This document shows, one piece after another, positions 1 through 10,265 of a stretch of DNA of 64,000 nt. The DNA comes from an uncultured Candidatus Saccharibacteria bacterium. GTDB lineage: Bacteria > Patescibacteriota > Minisyncoccia > Phycocordibacterales > UBA918. The notes below the pieces were generated by a model that did not search any database, had not been told where the DNA came from, and saw only the letters and a list, made by a program, of their open reading frames with translations. The stretch spans positions 36,601 through 100,600 of the forward strand of contig CAZSOS010000002.1 of assembly GCA_964608605.1 (NCBI GenBank), read 5' to 3'. The position numbers and the translations under genes were made by a program. Each line of letters starts with the position of its first letter. Positions within the stretch are counted from its first letter, which is position 1.

Positions 1-99
1 GTGGTCGGCCACCTTCTTTTCGCAACCCCGACAAATACGAGAGTCAGGATCATCGATCTTGAAGGTGTCGGGCATTGGCACCATCACACAACGGATCAT
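1..99 (-). CDS. partial ORF; the N-terminal 33 codons are inside the window and the gene continues past the window start. It encodes a small CxxC-containing protein (MIRCVMVPMPDTFKIDDPDSRICRGCEKKVADH...).
   Basis: ATG at 97-99 on the minus strand, preceded by an AGGGGAG SD-like motif (revcomp of 103-110). The frame stays open to position 1. A CxxC motif suggests a zinc ribbon. Confidence 0.3.
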   Translation of the reverse strand, partial: MIRCVMVPMPDTFKIDDPDSRICRGCEKKVADH

Positions 100-144
100 T
101 TCGCTCCCCTTTCAGTTTTCTGGAACAGATGCTACCCGATATAA

Positions 145-1434
145 CTACGCTGTCAACATAGAAGTGACGCGGGTCACGTCCCCCGCCCCCATGACCAGCA
201 CCACGCCGTTTTGATCGGCGCTGTTTTTTATTTCGGCCGCGGCGGCGTTTAGATCGGATACCGTTCGGGCTTTCCCGCCGATAGCTTCAGCCAGCCGCTG
301 GCTCGAGACGCCGCTCTCATTCGGTTCGCGAGCGGCGTAGATCGGCGTCAGTATTACTTCATCCGCCAATGACAAGGCTTTCACGAAATCATCAAAAAGC
401 GCGTGCGTGCGGCTGTACATATGTGGCTGGTATACCAGGGTCAGTTGGCGTTCGGGATACAACTCGCGCGCGCCAGAAATAGTAGCCGCGATTTCGGTCG
501 GGTGGTGACCATAGTCGTCGTAGATCGGTGATCCGTTTATCTCGCCTTTGTATTCGAAGCGGCGCCAGGTGCCGGCAAAATCCGCCAGCGCGGACTTCGC
601 CACCTCGGAAGCAATACCGATCTTAGAGGCGGCGGCCAAGGCCGCCGCCGCGTTCATCCGGTTATGAAGCCCGGGCACTTTCAAGGGAAGGGACAGGTCC
701 AAGGACGGCTTGTAGTCGATGACCTCAACCGAAAGTCCGGCTACCACCGGCGCCACGTTCGGATTAGCGATTTCCGCTATTACAGCTCCCCCATCGCGCA
801 CTTTAAGGGCCAATTCACGGAAAGCCGCCTGCACGTCGGCCAGGTCTTTGTAGTAATCAAGATGCTCAGCCTCCAGGTTGGTGATAATCAGCACATCCGG
901 CTCCAGGTGAAGAAAATCGCGCTTGTATTCGCAGGCCTCGACCACGAAGTATTTACTCTTGCCAGCGCGGTAATTACTCTTCGTCTTGGCCCGCAACGAA
1001 CCCACTATAGCCGACGGATCAAGGCCGGCTTCCTCGAGCACGTCGATCAACATAGCCGTAGTGGTGGTCTTGCCGTGGGTACCGGCGACCGCGATCAGGT
1101 AGTACTGATTAGCTACTAAGCCGAGCGCTTCAAAGTAGTTCATCATCGGCACGCCAAGCGCTTTAGCGGCCACCATCTCCGGATGATCTTGGCTCATGGC
1201 CTCGGTATAGACCACCATGTCGATATCATTGGTGACATTCTCCGGCACCTGTCCGTCAAAGAATTGCACACCTTCGAGTTCCAAAGCATTGGTAATGTCC
1301 GACGGCGCCCGATCGGAACCGGAGACCACCTTCCCCTCATGCAGGAACAAACGGGCCAGCCCCGACATGCCGATGCCACCTACCCCAATCATATGGATCT
1401 GCGCAATATCCCCCAACTCCACCTTATTTGACAT
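145..1434 (-). CDS. murC: UDP-N-acetylmuramate--L-alanine ligase
   Basis: Mur ligase P-loop GTHGKTTTTAML and the N-terminal IHMIGVGGIGMSGLA typical of MurC. The start was chosen at MSNKVEL; the upstream ORF extension is probably spurious. Confidence 0.85.
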   Translation of the reverse strand: MSNKVELGDIAQIHMIGVGGIGMSGLARLFLHEGKVVSGSDRAPSDITNALELEGVQFFDGQVPENVTNDIDMVVYTEAMSQDHPEMVAAKALGVPMMNYFEALGLVANQYYLIAVAGTHGKTTTTAMLIDVLEEAGLDPSAIVGSLRAKTKSNYRAGKSKYFVVEACEYKRDFLHLEPDVLIITNLEAEHLDYYKDLADVQAAFRELALKVRDGGAVIAEIANPNVAPVVAGLSVEVIDYKPSLDLSLPLKVPGLHNRMNAAAALAAASKIGIASEVAKSALADFAGTWRRFEYKGEINGSPIYDDYGHHPTEIAATISGARELYPERQLTLVYQPHMYSRTHALFDDFVKALSLADEVILTPIYAAREPNESGVSSQRLAEAIGGKARTVSDLNAAAAEIKNSADQNGVVLVMGAGDVTRVTSMLTA

Positions 1435-1489
1435 ATAGCATGAAAATACTACTATTTCCGGCGGATTAGAACAAACGGAGGGATCAGCG

Positions 1490-2212
1490 ATGAAATTAGA
1501 GCATCCCATGGGCCTGGCCCACGTTACCCTCTTCGGCCGGGCCGGCTACGCGCTGACTCAGCTGCCGAAGATCAGAACCATCGCCAGGCACCGAGGAGCG
1601 GAAACGATCTTCGTCATCGATCCGCCCCGAGGTCCGGCCAGTCCGGGATTCCACAGAGTGGTCAGCTGGGAGAACGATTATCAGGAACCGTTCACTCAGG
1701 CCGAAGGCGGGGTCCTGTTCCGACCCGGACAAGCCTTGCTCATCCATAGCCGAGATTGTCCCGTCGTGGTCTTGATCAACTGGGCCAACGGCTTGGTGGG
1801 CGCCGTCCATGCCGGACGCGAAGCGCTTATCAAGCGCGGCAGCTCCTGTTGCGAGAACCTGGGCGTGGTAGAAAGGCTGATATCCGTGCTCGGCATAGAC
1901 GATGGTCGGCAGGTACAGGCTTATATCACCGGTGGCATAGGGGCGAAGCATTTCGAACATGGAGATCCCGCCTTCGTGGAGCCATTCGTCCGGCTCTACG
2001 GACCAAGCATGGTCACCGACCAGGACCGGCACACGCTTGATCTTCAGGCGGTCATTACGGCCAAGCTTCACGCTTATGGCATCAGACGGGTGAAGAGCGA
2101 TGGACTCTGCACCTTTACCCACCCGAACCTCGGCAGCGCCCGGGCGGAAGCGGCCGGTATACTGAACAAGCATCAACCCAACTGGATCCTCGTGGTCAAA
2201 GGTTGGAAATAA
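1490..2212 (+). CDS. pgeF: peptidoglycan editing factor / purine nucleoside phosphorylase, YfiH/PgeF (DUF152) family
   Basis: The motifs HSRDCPVVV and GAVHAGREAL match the YfiH/PgeF family. Preferred over the fully overlapping antisense ORF 1496..2233. Confidence 0.65.
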   Translation: MKLEHPMGLAHVTLFGRAGYALTQLPKIRTIARHRGAETIFVIDPPRGPASPGFHRVVSWENDYQEPFTQAEGGVLFRPGQALLIHSRDCPVVVLINWANGLVGAVHAGREALIKRGSSCCENLGVVERLISVLGIDDGRQVQAYITGGIGAKHFEHGDPAFVEPFVRLYGPSMVTDQDRHTLDLQAVITAKLHAYGIRRVKSDGLCTFTHPNLGSARAEAAGILNKHQPNWILVVKGWK

Positions 2213-2245
2213 GCTTCTCGACCGCAGCGACATTTGTCGCTGCGG

Positions 2246-3637
2246 TCATTCTTTTTCCAAATATTTTTTAACCAAGGCTACGAACTGATCGTTGCGGTCA
2301 TATTCGTTCACAAAGAGACCGAAGGAAGCGAAAGCTGGTGAAAAGAGGATGGTGTCGCCGGGTCCGGCTAGACGTACCGCCTCAGCCACAGCCGCCGCTA
2401 AATCAGCAAAGACCGAGACGCCCACCTCTCCACCGTGAAGGAGCGGAATCAATTTATCGGTGCCGGAGCCAGAGAGCAGCATCACGTTCTTGCACTGCTG
2501 ATTGATAGCGTATGCGAGCGGTGCGACATCAATATTTTTATCAGCTCCGCCAGCAATCAAAATCACGTTTTTATTTACCCGTCCGTCAGGGTTAGGGTCT
2601 TTCCCCACCGCCTCAAGGCCGGCGATGGTGGCCTGCGGCGTGGTGGCGTTGTTATCGTTGTAGATCTTCACGCCCTTGTCAGTGGTGGCCAAAAGTTGCA
2701 AGCGGCCTTCGACGCCAGGGAAACTGGCCAGCGCTTCGAAAATCTCCTCGTCCGATAAACCGATGGCGCGGCAGGCGGCCACCGCTAAAGCAGCGTTGAG
2801 CCGATTATGTTCCCCCGGTTGCGATAAGACGGCGTCCTCGGGAATAATGGAACTATCCACCAAGATTACTTCCTGCCCCAACGTTACCTGGCGCCCGGCA
2901 GCAAACTTCTTGGCGCGCTCAAATACTTCTGGCGTGGTTACCAGGACACCACTTTCTTCCTGATTGATGAATATGTTGGCCTTGTCGGCGAAGTAGGCGC
3001 TGGTATCGTTTTTATAGTAATTGAGGTGGTCGTCCATAAAGGTGGTGAAGACGGCCACTTGTGGCGAGATACCGGCCCAACCGAAACCCTGCAGTTGCCA
3101 AGAGTCGAGCTCGAAGACTGCTAGCGAATCTTCTTTTACGTCTTTCAAAAGCTGGAGGTTGGAGACACCGCGCACGTTACCTCCCTTGATGACCGACTCG
3201 CCAGTGGCCGTCTCGATAATATGAGCGATCATGGCGGTGGTAGTCGATTTGCCGCGGGTACCGGTGATACCGATCATCGGAATCCTGGAAAGCTTCGCGA
3301 ACAGCGCCGCGCTTTGCGCCAGCTCGATACCCTTTTCCTGTGCATGGGCCAGATAGGGAGAATCCAGCGGCACGCCAGCCGCCACTAGGATTATATCCCG
3401 CCCTTCAAAATCATCCATCTGGTGTTCACCGAGCGTAAATTTGATATTCGGATATGACTTCAGCTTTTCTAAAGATGAAGTCAGTTGTTCCTCGGTCTTA
3501 AGATCAGTCACGATTAACTCCGCTCCACACTCGGCCAAAAATTGAGCGTCCCCCACCCCACGGCCAAGGAGGCCCAGGCCCATGACCGTGATCTTTTTGC
3601 CTTTAAAATACTCCGAAAAATCCATAAGCGAAATCAC
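2246..3637 (-). CDS. murD: UDP-N-acetylmuramoylalanine--D-glutamate ligase
   Basis: N-terminal KKITVMGLGLLGRGVG Rossmann-like fold and the P-loop GITGTRGKSTTTAMIAHI. Confidence 0.85.
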   Translation of the reverse strand: MISLMDFSEYFKGKKITVMGLGLLGRGVGDAQFLAECGAELIVTDLKTEEQLTSSLEKLKSYPNIKFTLGEHQMDDFEGRDIILVAAGVPLDSPYLAHAQEKGIELAQSAALFAKLSRIPMIGITGTRGKSTTTAMIAHIIETATGESVIKGGNVRGVSNLQLLKDVKEDSLAVFELDSWQLQGFGWAGISPQVAVFTTFMDDHLNYYKNDTSAYFADKANIFINQEESGVLVTTPEVFERAKKFAAGRQVTLGQEVILVDSSIIPEDAVLSQPGEHNRLNAALAVAACRAIGLSDEEIFEALASFPGVEGRLQLLATTDKGVKIYNDNNATTPQATIAGLEAVGKDPNPDGRVNKNVILIAGGADKNIDVAPLAYAINQQCKNVMLLSGSGTDKLIPLLHGGEVGVSVFADLAAAVAEAVRLAGPGDTILFSPAFASFGLFVNEYDRNDQFVALVKKYLEKE

Positions 3638-3645
3638 TATACCAT

Positions 3646-4797
3646 TTATTTTAAGTAGCGTTTTTTCTTGAGTTTCTCCGGCAAGTAGCCCTTTTCATGG
3701 GCAAAGCCGGCCTCCCATTTTTGGCCTTGGCCGTAGCCGAGGTCTTTCATTAGTTTGGTGGGGGCGTTCCGAAGATGGGTAGGGATGGGCAGATTGCCGT
3801 ACTGCTTGATGTCGGCTTGCGCGGCGCGGAGCGCATCGTAGGAACGGCGGTCCTTTTTAGCCTGGGCTAGGTAGGCGACACCATGGGCCAAGTTGATGGC
3901 GCATTCTGGATAACCAATGACCTCGCAGGCCCGAAAGACCTCGTTAGCCACTACCAGGGCGGTGGGCTGGGCCAGACCGATGTCTTCGGAGGCAAAGACG
4001 ACCATACGCCGCGCGATGAATATCGGGTCTTCACCAGCCTCGATCATCCGGGCCAGGTAGTAGATGGCGGCGTCGGCATCAGAAGCCCGCATACTTTTTA
4101 TAAACGCCGAGATGGTGTTGTAGTGCTCCTCGCCCTTCTTGTCGTACCGGAGATGCGTGGACTGAAGCGTGGTTTCAAGCGTCTCGACAGTGATTTTCCC
4201 GTGCAGTTCTTGCGTTTGATCCATCAGGGTCAGCATTTGGCGCGCGTCGCCATTGGCCATCCGCACCAACCAATCCTGGGCCGCCTTCGGTACCTTTAAT
4301 TTCGTCCGCTTCACGATCAGGCGCATATCGTCTTCGGACAGTTCGTTGAGCACGAAGACGCGCGAGCGCGACAAGAGGGCGGAGATAACTTCAAAGCTTG
4401 GGTTTTCGGTGGTAGCACCGATGAGCGTCAGTTCACCCGACTCTACGTACGGCAAGAGAAAATCCTGCTGGGCTTTATTGAAACGATGGATCTCATCCAG
4501 AAACAACACTTTCCGCCGCAAGCTCGGGGTAGCGATGATCTTTCTGATATCTTCCTTGCCAGCCGATACGGCCGAGAGTTCGAACATCTCGGCATCAAGG
4601 GCGCCCGCATAGATCCGCGCTAAGGTGGTCTTCCCTACTCCCGGCGGTCCCCAGAGCACGAAGGAGAAAAGGTGCTTTTTTTCGATGGCTTCGCGGATGG
4701 GCTTCCCCGGGCTCACCAAATGCTCCTGGCCGATAAATTCGTCCAGATTGCGCGGGCGGATACGGGCGGCTAGGGGTTGCATATTAGGACTCATCAT
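3646..4797 (-). CDS. rarA: replication-associated recombination protein A (AAA+ ATPase MgsA/RarA)
   Basis: LWGPPGVGKTTLARIYA Walker A, followed by a RarA-like C-terminal region. Confidence 0.8.
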   Translation of the reverse strand: MMSPNMQPLAARIRPRNLDEFIGQEHLVSPGKPIREAIEKKHLFSFVLWGPPGVGKTTLARIYAGALDAEMFELSAVSAGKEDIRKIIATPSLRRKVLFLDEIHRFNKAQQDFLLPYVESGELTLIGATTENPSFEVISALLSRSRVFVLNELSEDDMRLIVKRTKLKVPKAAQDWLVRMANGDARQMLTLMDQTQELHGKITVETLETTLQSTHLRYDKKGEEHYNTISAFIKSMRASDADAAIYYLARMIEAGEDPIFIARRMVVFASEDIGLAQPTALVVANEVFRACEVIGYPECAINLAHGVAYLAQAKKDRRSYDALRAAQADIKQYGNLPIPTHLRNAPTKLMKDLGYGQGQKWEAGFAHEKGYLPEKLKKKRYLK

Positions 4798-4861
4798 ACC
4801 TAAACCCGGACAAAGGAAAAGCGCCGAGGAGGATCCCCCGGCGCTTCATAGAACTAAACGG

Positions 4862-5185
4862 CTACGCCACCAGGCTGGGCTGGCCCACCGCCCGACCAGG
4901 ATATTTGATGGCGACGGGATAAAAGGCCTTCAGGCCGCGATCCAACGCCGCCTGCTCCTGGACGGAGAAACAAAAACGGCTGGTCTCCAGGACGCAGTAG
5001 ATGGCGCTGTAGAGACCTCCATAGGTAGGTTCCTCCACCTGAACCGTCCCGTGGTGTTCGGACAGGATATCCACCATTTCCCGAATGGACTCACCTTCGG
5101 CTCCCAGGTCGTCCCGGGGCACTTTAGGACAGAGAAACCTGTCGTTCAGCATGAGATCGCCGATCTCCGACAAAGTTACGTTCAT
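4862..5185 (-). CDS. hypothetical protein (107 aa)
   Basis: ORF whose start overlaps the stop of the downstream nucleotidyltransferase gene by 4 nt, suggesting translational coupling. No recognisable motif. Confidence 0.4.
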   Translation of the reverse strand: MNVTLSEIGDLMLNDRFLCPKVPRDDLGAEGESIREMVDILSEHHGTVQVEEPTYGGLYSAIYCVLETSRFCFSVQEQAALDRGLKAFYPVAIKYPGRAVGQPSLVA

Positions 5186-5922
5186 CGCTTCCTCCTTTGC
5201 GCTTGAAGCGCGTCCTCTAGCGAGTTGATGCCGATGGCCTCCTCCGGAGGCATGGGCACGGTATGAACTTCCCTGCCGTCTACGATAGCGATTTCGGTGA
5301 GTTCCGTCAAATAATACTCGCCGGTGGTCTCATTCGGCCGCACGCGGGGCAAAGCCGCCTTCAGCCAGAGGGTATCGAAACAATTGCCGCCCGGAGTCAC
5401 TTCGTTGATGGCTCGTTCGTCCAAAGTGGCGTTCTTGTACTCGACCACGCCGATCACCCGGCCGTTCTCGTCGCGCTTCACCCGGCCGAAGGCCGTGAAA
5501 ACGCCGCGCCAGTCGTCATAGTCGGGCAAATCGACCGAGAACATGGCCATGGTCGGACGCGCGTCCACGAAAGCGGCGCGCATCCGTTCGATACTGGCCG
5601 TGGAGATGAAGGGATTGTCACCATAGAGGACGAGAGTGGGAGTCTCGTCGTCGAGCAACGGCAGCGCCGCCTTGGCGGCCGTGGCGGTGCCGGATAGTTC
5701 CACCTGCTGCGCGTAGCGGTACCGATCGCCCAGTTCGGCCTGAATGAGATCTCCCTGGTGCCCGACCACGATGATCGGCGGCAGAAAGCCCTCGGCCGCC
5801 TCCAGGGCTTCGATGACGTGGCGGATCATCGGCTTGCCTTCGAACGGAAAAAGCGGTTTTGGCAACTCGCTCTTCATCCGGCTTCCCTTGCCGCCGGCAA
5901 GGATAATGGGTTGGATGTTCAT
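5182..5922 (-). CDS. sugar-phosphate nucleotidyltransferase (GlmU N-terminal-like, NTP_transferase fold)
   Basis: The protein begins MNIQPIILAGGKGSRM, the G-rich nucleotide-binding loop. The ORF-track extension to 5991 runs into the tRNA-Ile gene and was rejected. Confidence 0.7.
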   Translation of the reverse strand: MNIQPIILAGGKGSRMKSELPKPLFPFEGKPMIRHVIEALEAAEGFLPPIIVVGHQGDLIQAELGDRYRYAQQVELSGTATAAKAALPLLDDETPTLVLYGDNPFISTASIERMRAAFVDARPTMAMFSVDLPDYDDWRGVFTAFGRVKRDENGRVIGVVEYKNATLDERAINEVTPGGNCFDTLWLKAALPRVRPNETTGEYYLTELTEIAIVDGREVHTVPMPPEEAIGINSLEDALQAQRRKR

Positions 5923-5933
5923 TCTGGTATTTG

Positions 5934-6006
5934 TGCGCGTTCTAGGGTTCGAACCTAGGACCTTTCGAGTATCAGTCGAATGCTCTACCAACTGAGCTAA
6001 ACGCGC
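5934..6006 (-). tRNA. tRNA-Ile (anticodon GAT)
   Basis: Hand-folded cloverleaf: acceptor GCGCGTT/AACGCGC, D-arm GCTC-AGTTGGTA-GAGC, anticodon arm TTCGA-CTGATAC-TCGAA, T-arm CTAGG-TTCGAAC-CCTAG. Confidence 0.8.
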
Positions 6007-6036
6007 GAATGTCGCTCGGCTATACTAGCAGAACGA

Positions 6037-6060
6037 AGGGCTATATTCAACCGCGGGTTT
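6037..6060 (-). promoter_or_regulatory. candidate sigma70-type promoter for tRNA-Ile (TTGAAT, 17-nt spacer, TAGTAT)
   Basis: The reverse complement of 6012-6042 reads TTGAAT, a 17-nt spacer, then TAGTAT, about 11 nt upstream of the tRNA 5' end. Confidence 0.45.
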
Positions 6061-6072
6061 CTGTGGTCGGAA

Positions 6073-6101
6073 TTGAAAAAGCCCGAGTTTTCAGGCATAA
6101 T
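6073..6101 (+). promoter_or_regulatory. candidate sigma70-type promoter for tRNA-Leu (TTGAAA, 17-nt spacer, CATAAT)
   Basis: TTGAAA at 6073-6078 and CATAAT at 6096-6101 with a 17-nt spacer, 8 nt upstream of the tRNA 5' end. Confidence 0.5.
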
Positions 6102-6109
6102 CAGGCGAC

Positions 6110-6196
6110 GCCGAAGTGGTGAAATTGGTATACACGCTACGTTCAGGTCGTAGTGGGGGCAACCCCGTGCTGGTTCAAGTCCAGTCTTCGGCACCA
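6110..6196 (+). tRNA. tRNA-Leu (anticodon CAG), long variable arm, CCA encoded
   Basis: Acceptor GCCGAAG/CTTCGGC, anticodon arm GCTAC-GTTCAGGT-CGTAG reading CAG, variable arm TGGGGGCAACCCCGTG, T-loop GGTTCAAGTCC, then CCA. Confidence 0.8.
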
Positions 6197-6204
6197 AAGA
6201 GAAA

Positions 6205-6231
6205 AACAGCCCTTGCGGGCTGTTTTTCGAT
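6205..6231. terminator. bidirectional intrinsic terminator hairpin (AAAACAGCCC-TTGC-GGGCTGTTTTT)
   Basis: A GC stem flanked by an A-run and a T-run, sitting between the tRNA-Leu end and the convergent gene's stop. Confidence 0.6.
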
Positions 6232-6312
6232 ACTGGTGCGAGGCGGGGCGGTGTATTTCGCTTCCTTTAACCTATCTTCTGTAGGCAGCTTTTTGCGTGT
6301 CTCTCTTCAGTT

Positions 6313-7008
6313 CTATTGCCGGCCGAACAGCATAGTGCCGTCGTCTTCAAGCTCCAGGACCAGCGCCCCGGAACCGGCGAAGAAGAAGCTCTTCACCCCT
6401 TCCAAGGCCGAGGTGAACTCGTGTTCTTGCGAACCTTCGCAATACATCATGGTCGAGGCTAGCGGACCAAAGGCCAACGCGTGATCGTTGACCTCGTAGC
6501 CGCCGAAGAAGCCGTTGCAGTCGGTCGTGCCGTTCACCCGACTCTCATCCGCGTCGAAGGTGATGGTGAAGGCGTCGGTCCGGCGCGGCTCGGTCACGAC
6601 CTCACCGATAGTGGTGGCTTGCCAAACCCAAGTGCCGGCCAACTTCAGGGCGTCGGTCAGGCCGCCGACGTTGCCGGAGAATATCTGCCGGCCATCTTTA
6701 GAAATGGTGACCGCCTCCCCCCGATTCCACAGCTCCAGACCCAGATCATCGTTGACGTAACGGGCTCCGGAAGCGGCGATGGCCAGGTCGAAGGCCAGGC
6801 CATCGTAGCCCAAGCCGTTCAAGACCGCGTGATCATCGCCTTTAAATTCCACCCTCACCGCCTCCCCCGTCTCCGGGCTGGTAAAGGTTATAGCTTCTTC
6901 CGCCATATTGGATCCCCAGGTTCCAGGTCCTTTCAGATAAAGGGCCAAGGATATCAGGGCGACCACTATGACCGCCACCAACAAGATCCATGATAGTTTT
7001 TTATCCAT
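6313..7008 (-). CDS. membrane-anchored MliC-like plus META/HslJ-domain protein
   Basis: N-terminal TM segment MDKKLSWILLVAVIVVALISLAL. The C-terminal part carries the META-domain pattern TTDCNGFFGGY...LAFGPLASTMMYC. The start was chosen at MDKK. Confidence 0.55.
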   Translation of the reverse strand: MDKKLSWILLVAVIVVALISLALYLKGPGTWGSNMAEEAITFTSPETGEAVRVEFKGDDHAVLNGLGYDGLAFDLAIAASGARYVNDDLGLELWNRGEAVTISKDGRQIFSGNVGGLTDALKLAGTWVWQATTIGEVVTEPRRTDAFTITFDADESRVNGTTDCNGFFGGYEVNDHALAFGPLASTMMYCEGSQEHEFTSALEGVKSFFFAGSGALVLELEDDGTMLFGRQ

Positions 7009-7225
7009 AAAATGATCGATGAGTTTAATTATTGATCCGAACTCCGCGTCGAAGGCCCTGACAAAGACAGCGCCATCGACAACTTCTTCGGCATGATTAG
7101 ATACCCCAAACTTCCCCAGCATCAGCGCGACCGACCTCTACCACGCTCGAAGGCATTCGTACTTCCAGTATACACCAGGCTTGATAAGTCGAAGGCGGTC
7201 ATGGGTCCGATGGTATAATGAGCGC

Positions 7226-7585
7226 ATGAACAGCCTTCAAGAGTTGCTCGGGTCGCTGATGACCTTTCTCAATAACGTCATAATTCCTTTCCTCTTCGGA
7301 CTGGCGCTCCTGTTCTTCATCTGGAACGCTTTCCGCTGGCTCATCCTCGGCGGGGCCGAAAAGGACGCCAAGGACAACGCCAAGCGGCTGGCGCTTTATG
7401 GCATCGGAGCTTTCGTGTTCTTGGTGAGCCTTTGGGGCATCGTGAACATGTTCGTGAACGGCTTGGGACTAGGCGGCGTGGATCAGGTAGAGCCGGACTA
7501 CATGTCGAACATGCCCGGCGGGTACGGCAGCGGAGGTGGCGGAGGCAACAACCAATATACCGAACCATTCCGAGGGCCCCGATAA
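7226..7585 (+). CDS. small two-TM membrane protein, TrbC/VirB2-like pilin (putative)
   Basis: Two hydrophobic helices separated by a Lys-rich loop, with a Gly-rich C-terminus. This architecture is common in CPR T4SS pilin-like proteins. The start was chosen at MNSLQ. Confidence 0.4.
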   Translation: MNSLQELLGSLMTFLNNVIIPFLFGLALLFFIWNAFRWLILGGAEKDAKDNAKRLALYGIGAFVFLVSLWGIVNMFVNGLGLGGVDQVEPDYMSNMPGGYGSGGGGGNNQYTEPFRGPR

Positions 7586-7587
7586 CA

Positions 7588-7616
7588 AAAAGCCGGCGCT
7601 ACGCGCCGGCTTTTTG
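7588..7616 (+). terminator. intrinsic terminator (AAAAAGCCGGCGC-TACG-CGCCGGCTTTTTG)
   Basis: Perfect GC hairpin followed by a T-run immediately after the stop codon. Confidence 0.7.
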
Positions 7617-7924
7617 TTATCTGTTTGAAAACTGAATCCGCATCACCAAATAAAACTTTCAGATTTGGATACAGTTGTGCTGGTTGGAGGAATTTTTACG
7701 CAGGAGACGTATATAGACATACGGCGACCAAGTAAAAATTCCGAAACCAGTGCAAATGTGCCAAATCTGGGAGTTTGTATCTTCTTTTGTCCCATCCTTT
7801 AGTTAATCTAGGTCTCTCCCTAGAGTCTCGATACCAGTTAAGGTTTGAGTATCATGACCATTGTGTACTCGATCGAGATACACAATATCGACGTAACCAA
7901 TGATCCGAAGATCACCGATGTCCA

Positions 7925-9385
<1,461 letters not shown>

Positions 9386-9750
9386 ACAGGTTTGGATAGC
9401 TCTTGGCTCTTAGTCGTTAGCTCTTAGAAAACTAAGGGCTAATTGCTAAGCGCTAGATGCTAACTTACCTGGGACCAGCCTACTCTGCGCCTGTACTTTG
9501 CTTGGCACTTCAGCTGATCCACCTAAAGGATGAGACAAAAGAAAGTGCAAACTGTTCTTTTGTCTCGCTACCAATACGGTGGTTGGCCGTATTGGATTTT
9601 CCGGTGCGGCCTTTGCTTCGCAAAGGCCGCACCGATGATGCGTAGAACCGGTTTTGAAACCGGTTCCATTATTCGATTGTCAAACAGCTCTGAGGACCGG
9701 ACCGGAGCGCTTCAAATAAGCCTTTCTCCCTTTCCCCCTCAAGTGGCGCT

Positions 9751-9778
9751 ATTATACAGATAAACAATAAAGATGCAA
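9751..9778 (-). promoter_or_regulatory. candidate 16S rRNA promoter (TTGCAT, 16-nt spacer, TATAAT) with a roughly 360-nt structured leader
   Basis: The reverse complement of 9751-9778 reads TTGCAT-ctttattgtttatctg-TATAAT. Leader hairpins lie at 9600-9680. Confidence 0.5.
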
Positions 9779-9862
9779 GCGGGCACGGTGGGTAAAAAGA
9801 AAGCCCGATGGATCCAATAAGGATTCCACCGGGGCTTGAATTTCGCCATCGATACCGGGAAC

Positions 9863-10204
9863 TTAATTGTTGGTATTGATAGCCACGGCCGAAGAGGCCA
9901 CGTTGACCGTCGCGGTAGCGGCGCTACCGAGGGCACCAAGCCCTCCGGCCACCACCCCGCCCGCGGCCCGGATCAGGTCTCCCCCGATGCCGTTGCCGCC
10001 TACGGCCGTCACGTTCACGCCACCCTTGACGCCGCTCGGAGCGGCGATGGCCGTGAGGCCGGGCGTGTTCATGGTGGCCGGCACGCGAATGGCCTTCAGG
10101 ACCACGCCGCTGCCGAGATTGACATCGGCGACCTGCACGCCATGCGTGCACGCGCCAAGCAGCATGATGCCGCCAAACGCCAGAGCCAGTCGAAACTTAT
10201 GCAT
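9863..10204 (-). CDS. Gly-rich lipoprotein (signal peptide with lipobox LLGAC)
   Basis: MHKFRLALAFGGIMLLGAC... is followed by a Gly/Val/Ala-rich low-complexity segment. The local GC content is very high. Confidence 0.5.
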   Translation of the reverse strand: MHKFRLALAFGGIMLLGACTHGVQVADVNLGSGVVLKAIRVPATMNTPGLTAIAAPSGVKGGVNVTAVGGNGIGGDLIRAAGGVVAGGLGALGSAATATVNVASSAVAINTNN

Positions 10205-10265
10205 CGCACCCTCCTAGTTGATGGGATCTGACGGCGCGGGACATATGTCCCGCGCCGTCAACGGC

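Noticed and set aside
1496-2233. 245-aa minus-strand ORF fully overlapping the PgeF/YfiH gene
   Set aside because: The plus-strand frame carries the YfiH family motifs (HSRDCPVVV, HAGREAL). The antisense frame has no motif and is Arg/Gly-rich.
5923-5991. N-terminal 23-codon extension of the nucleotidyltransferase ORF
   Set aside because: It overlaps the tRNA-Ile gene on the same strand. The conserved G-rich NTP-binding loop starts right after the internal Met at 5922.
5997-6484. ORFs 5997..6197 (minus) and 6116..6484 (plus)
   Set aside because: They cover the tRNA-Ile/tRNA-Leu genes and their promoters. Spurious.
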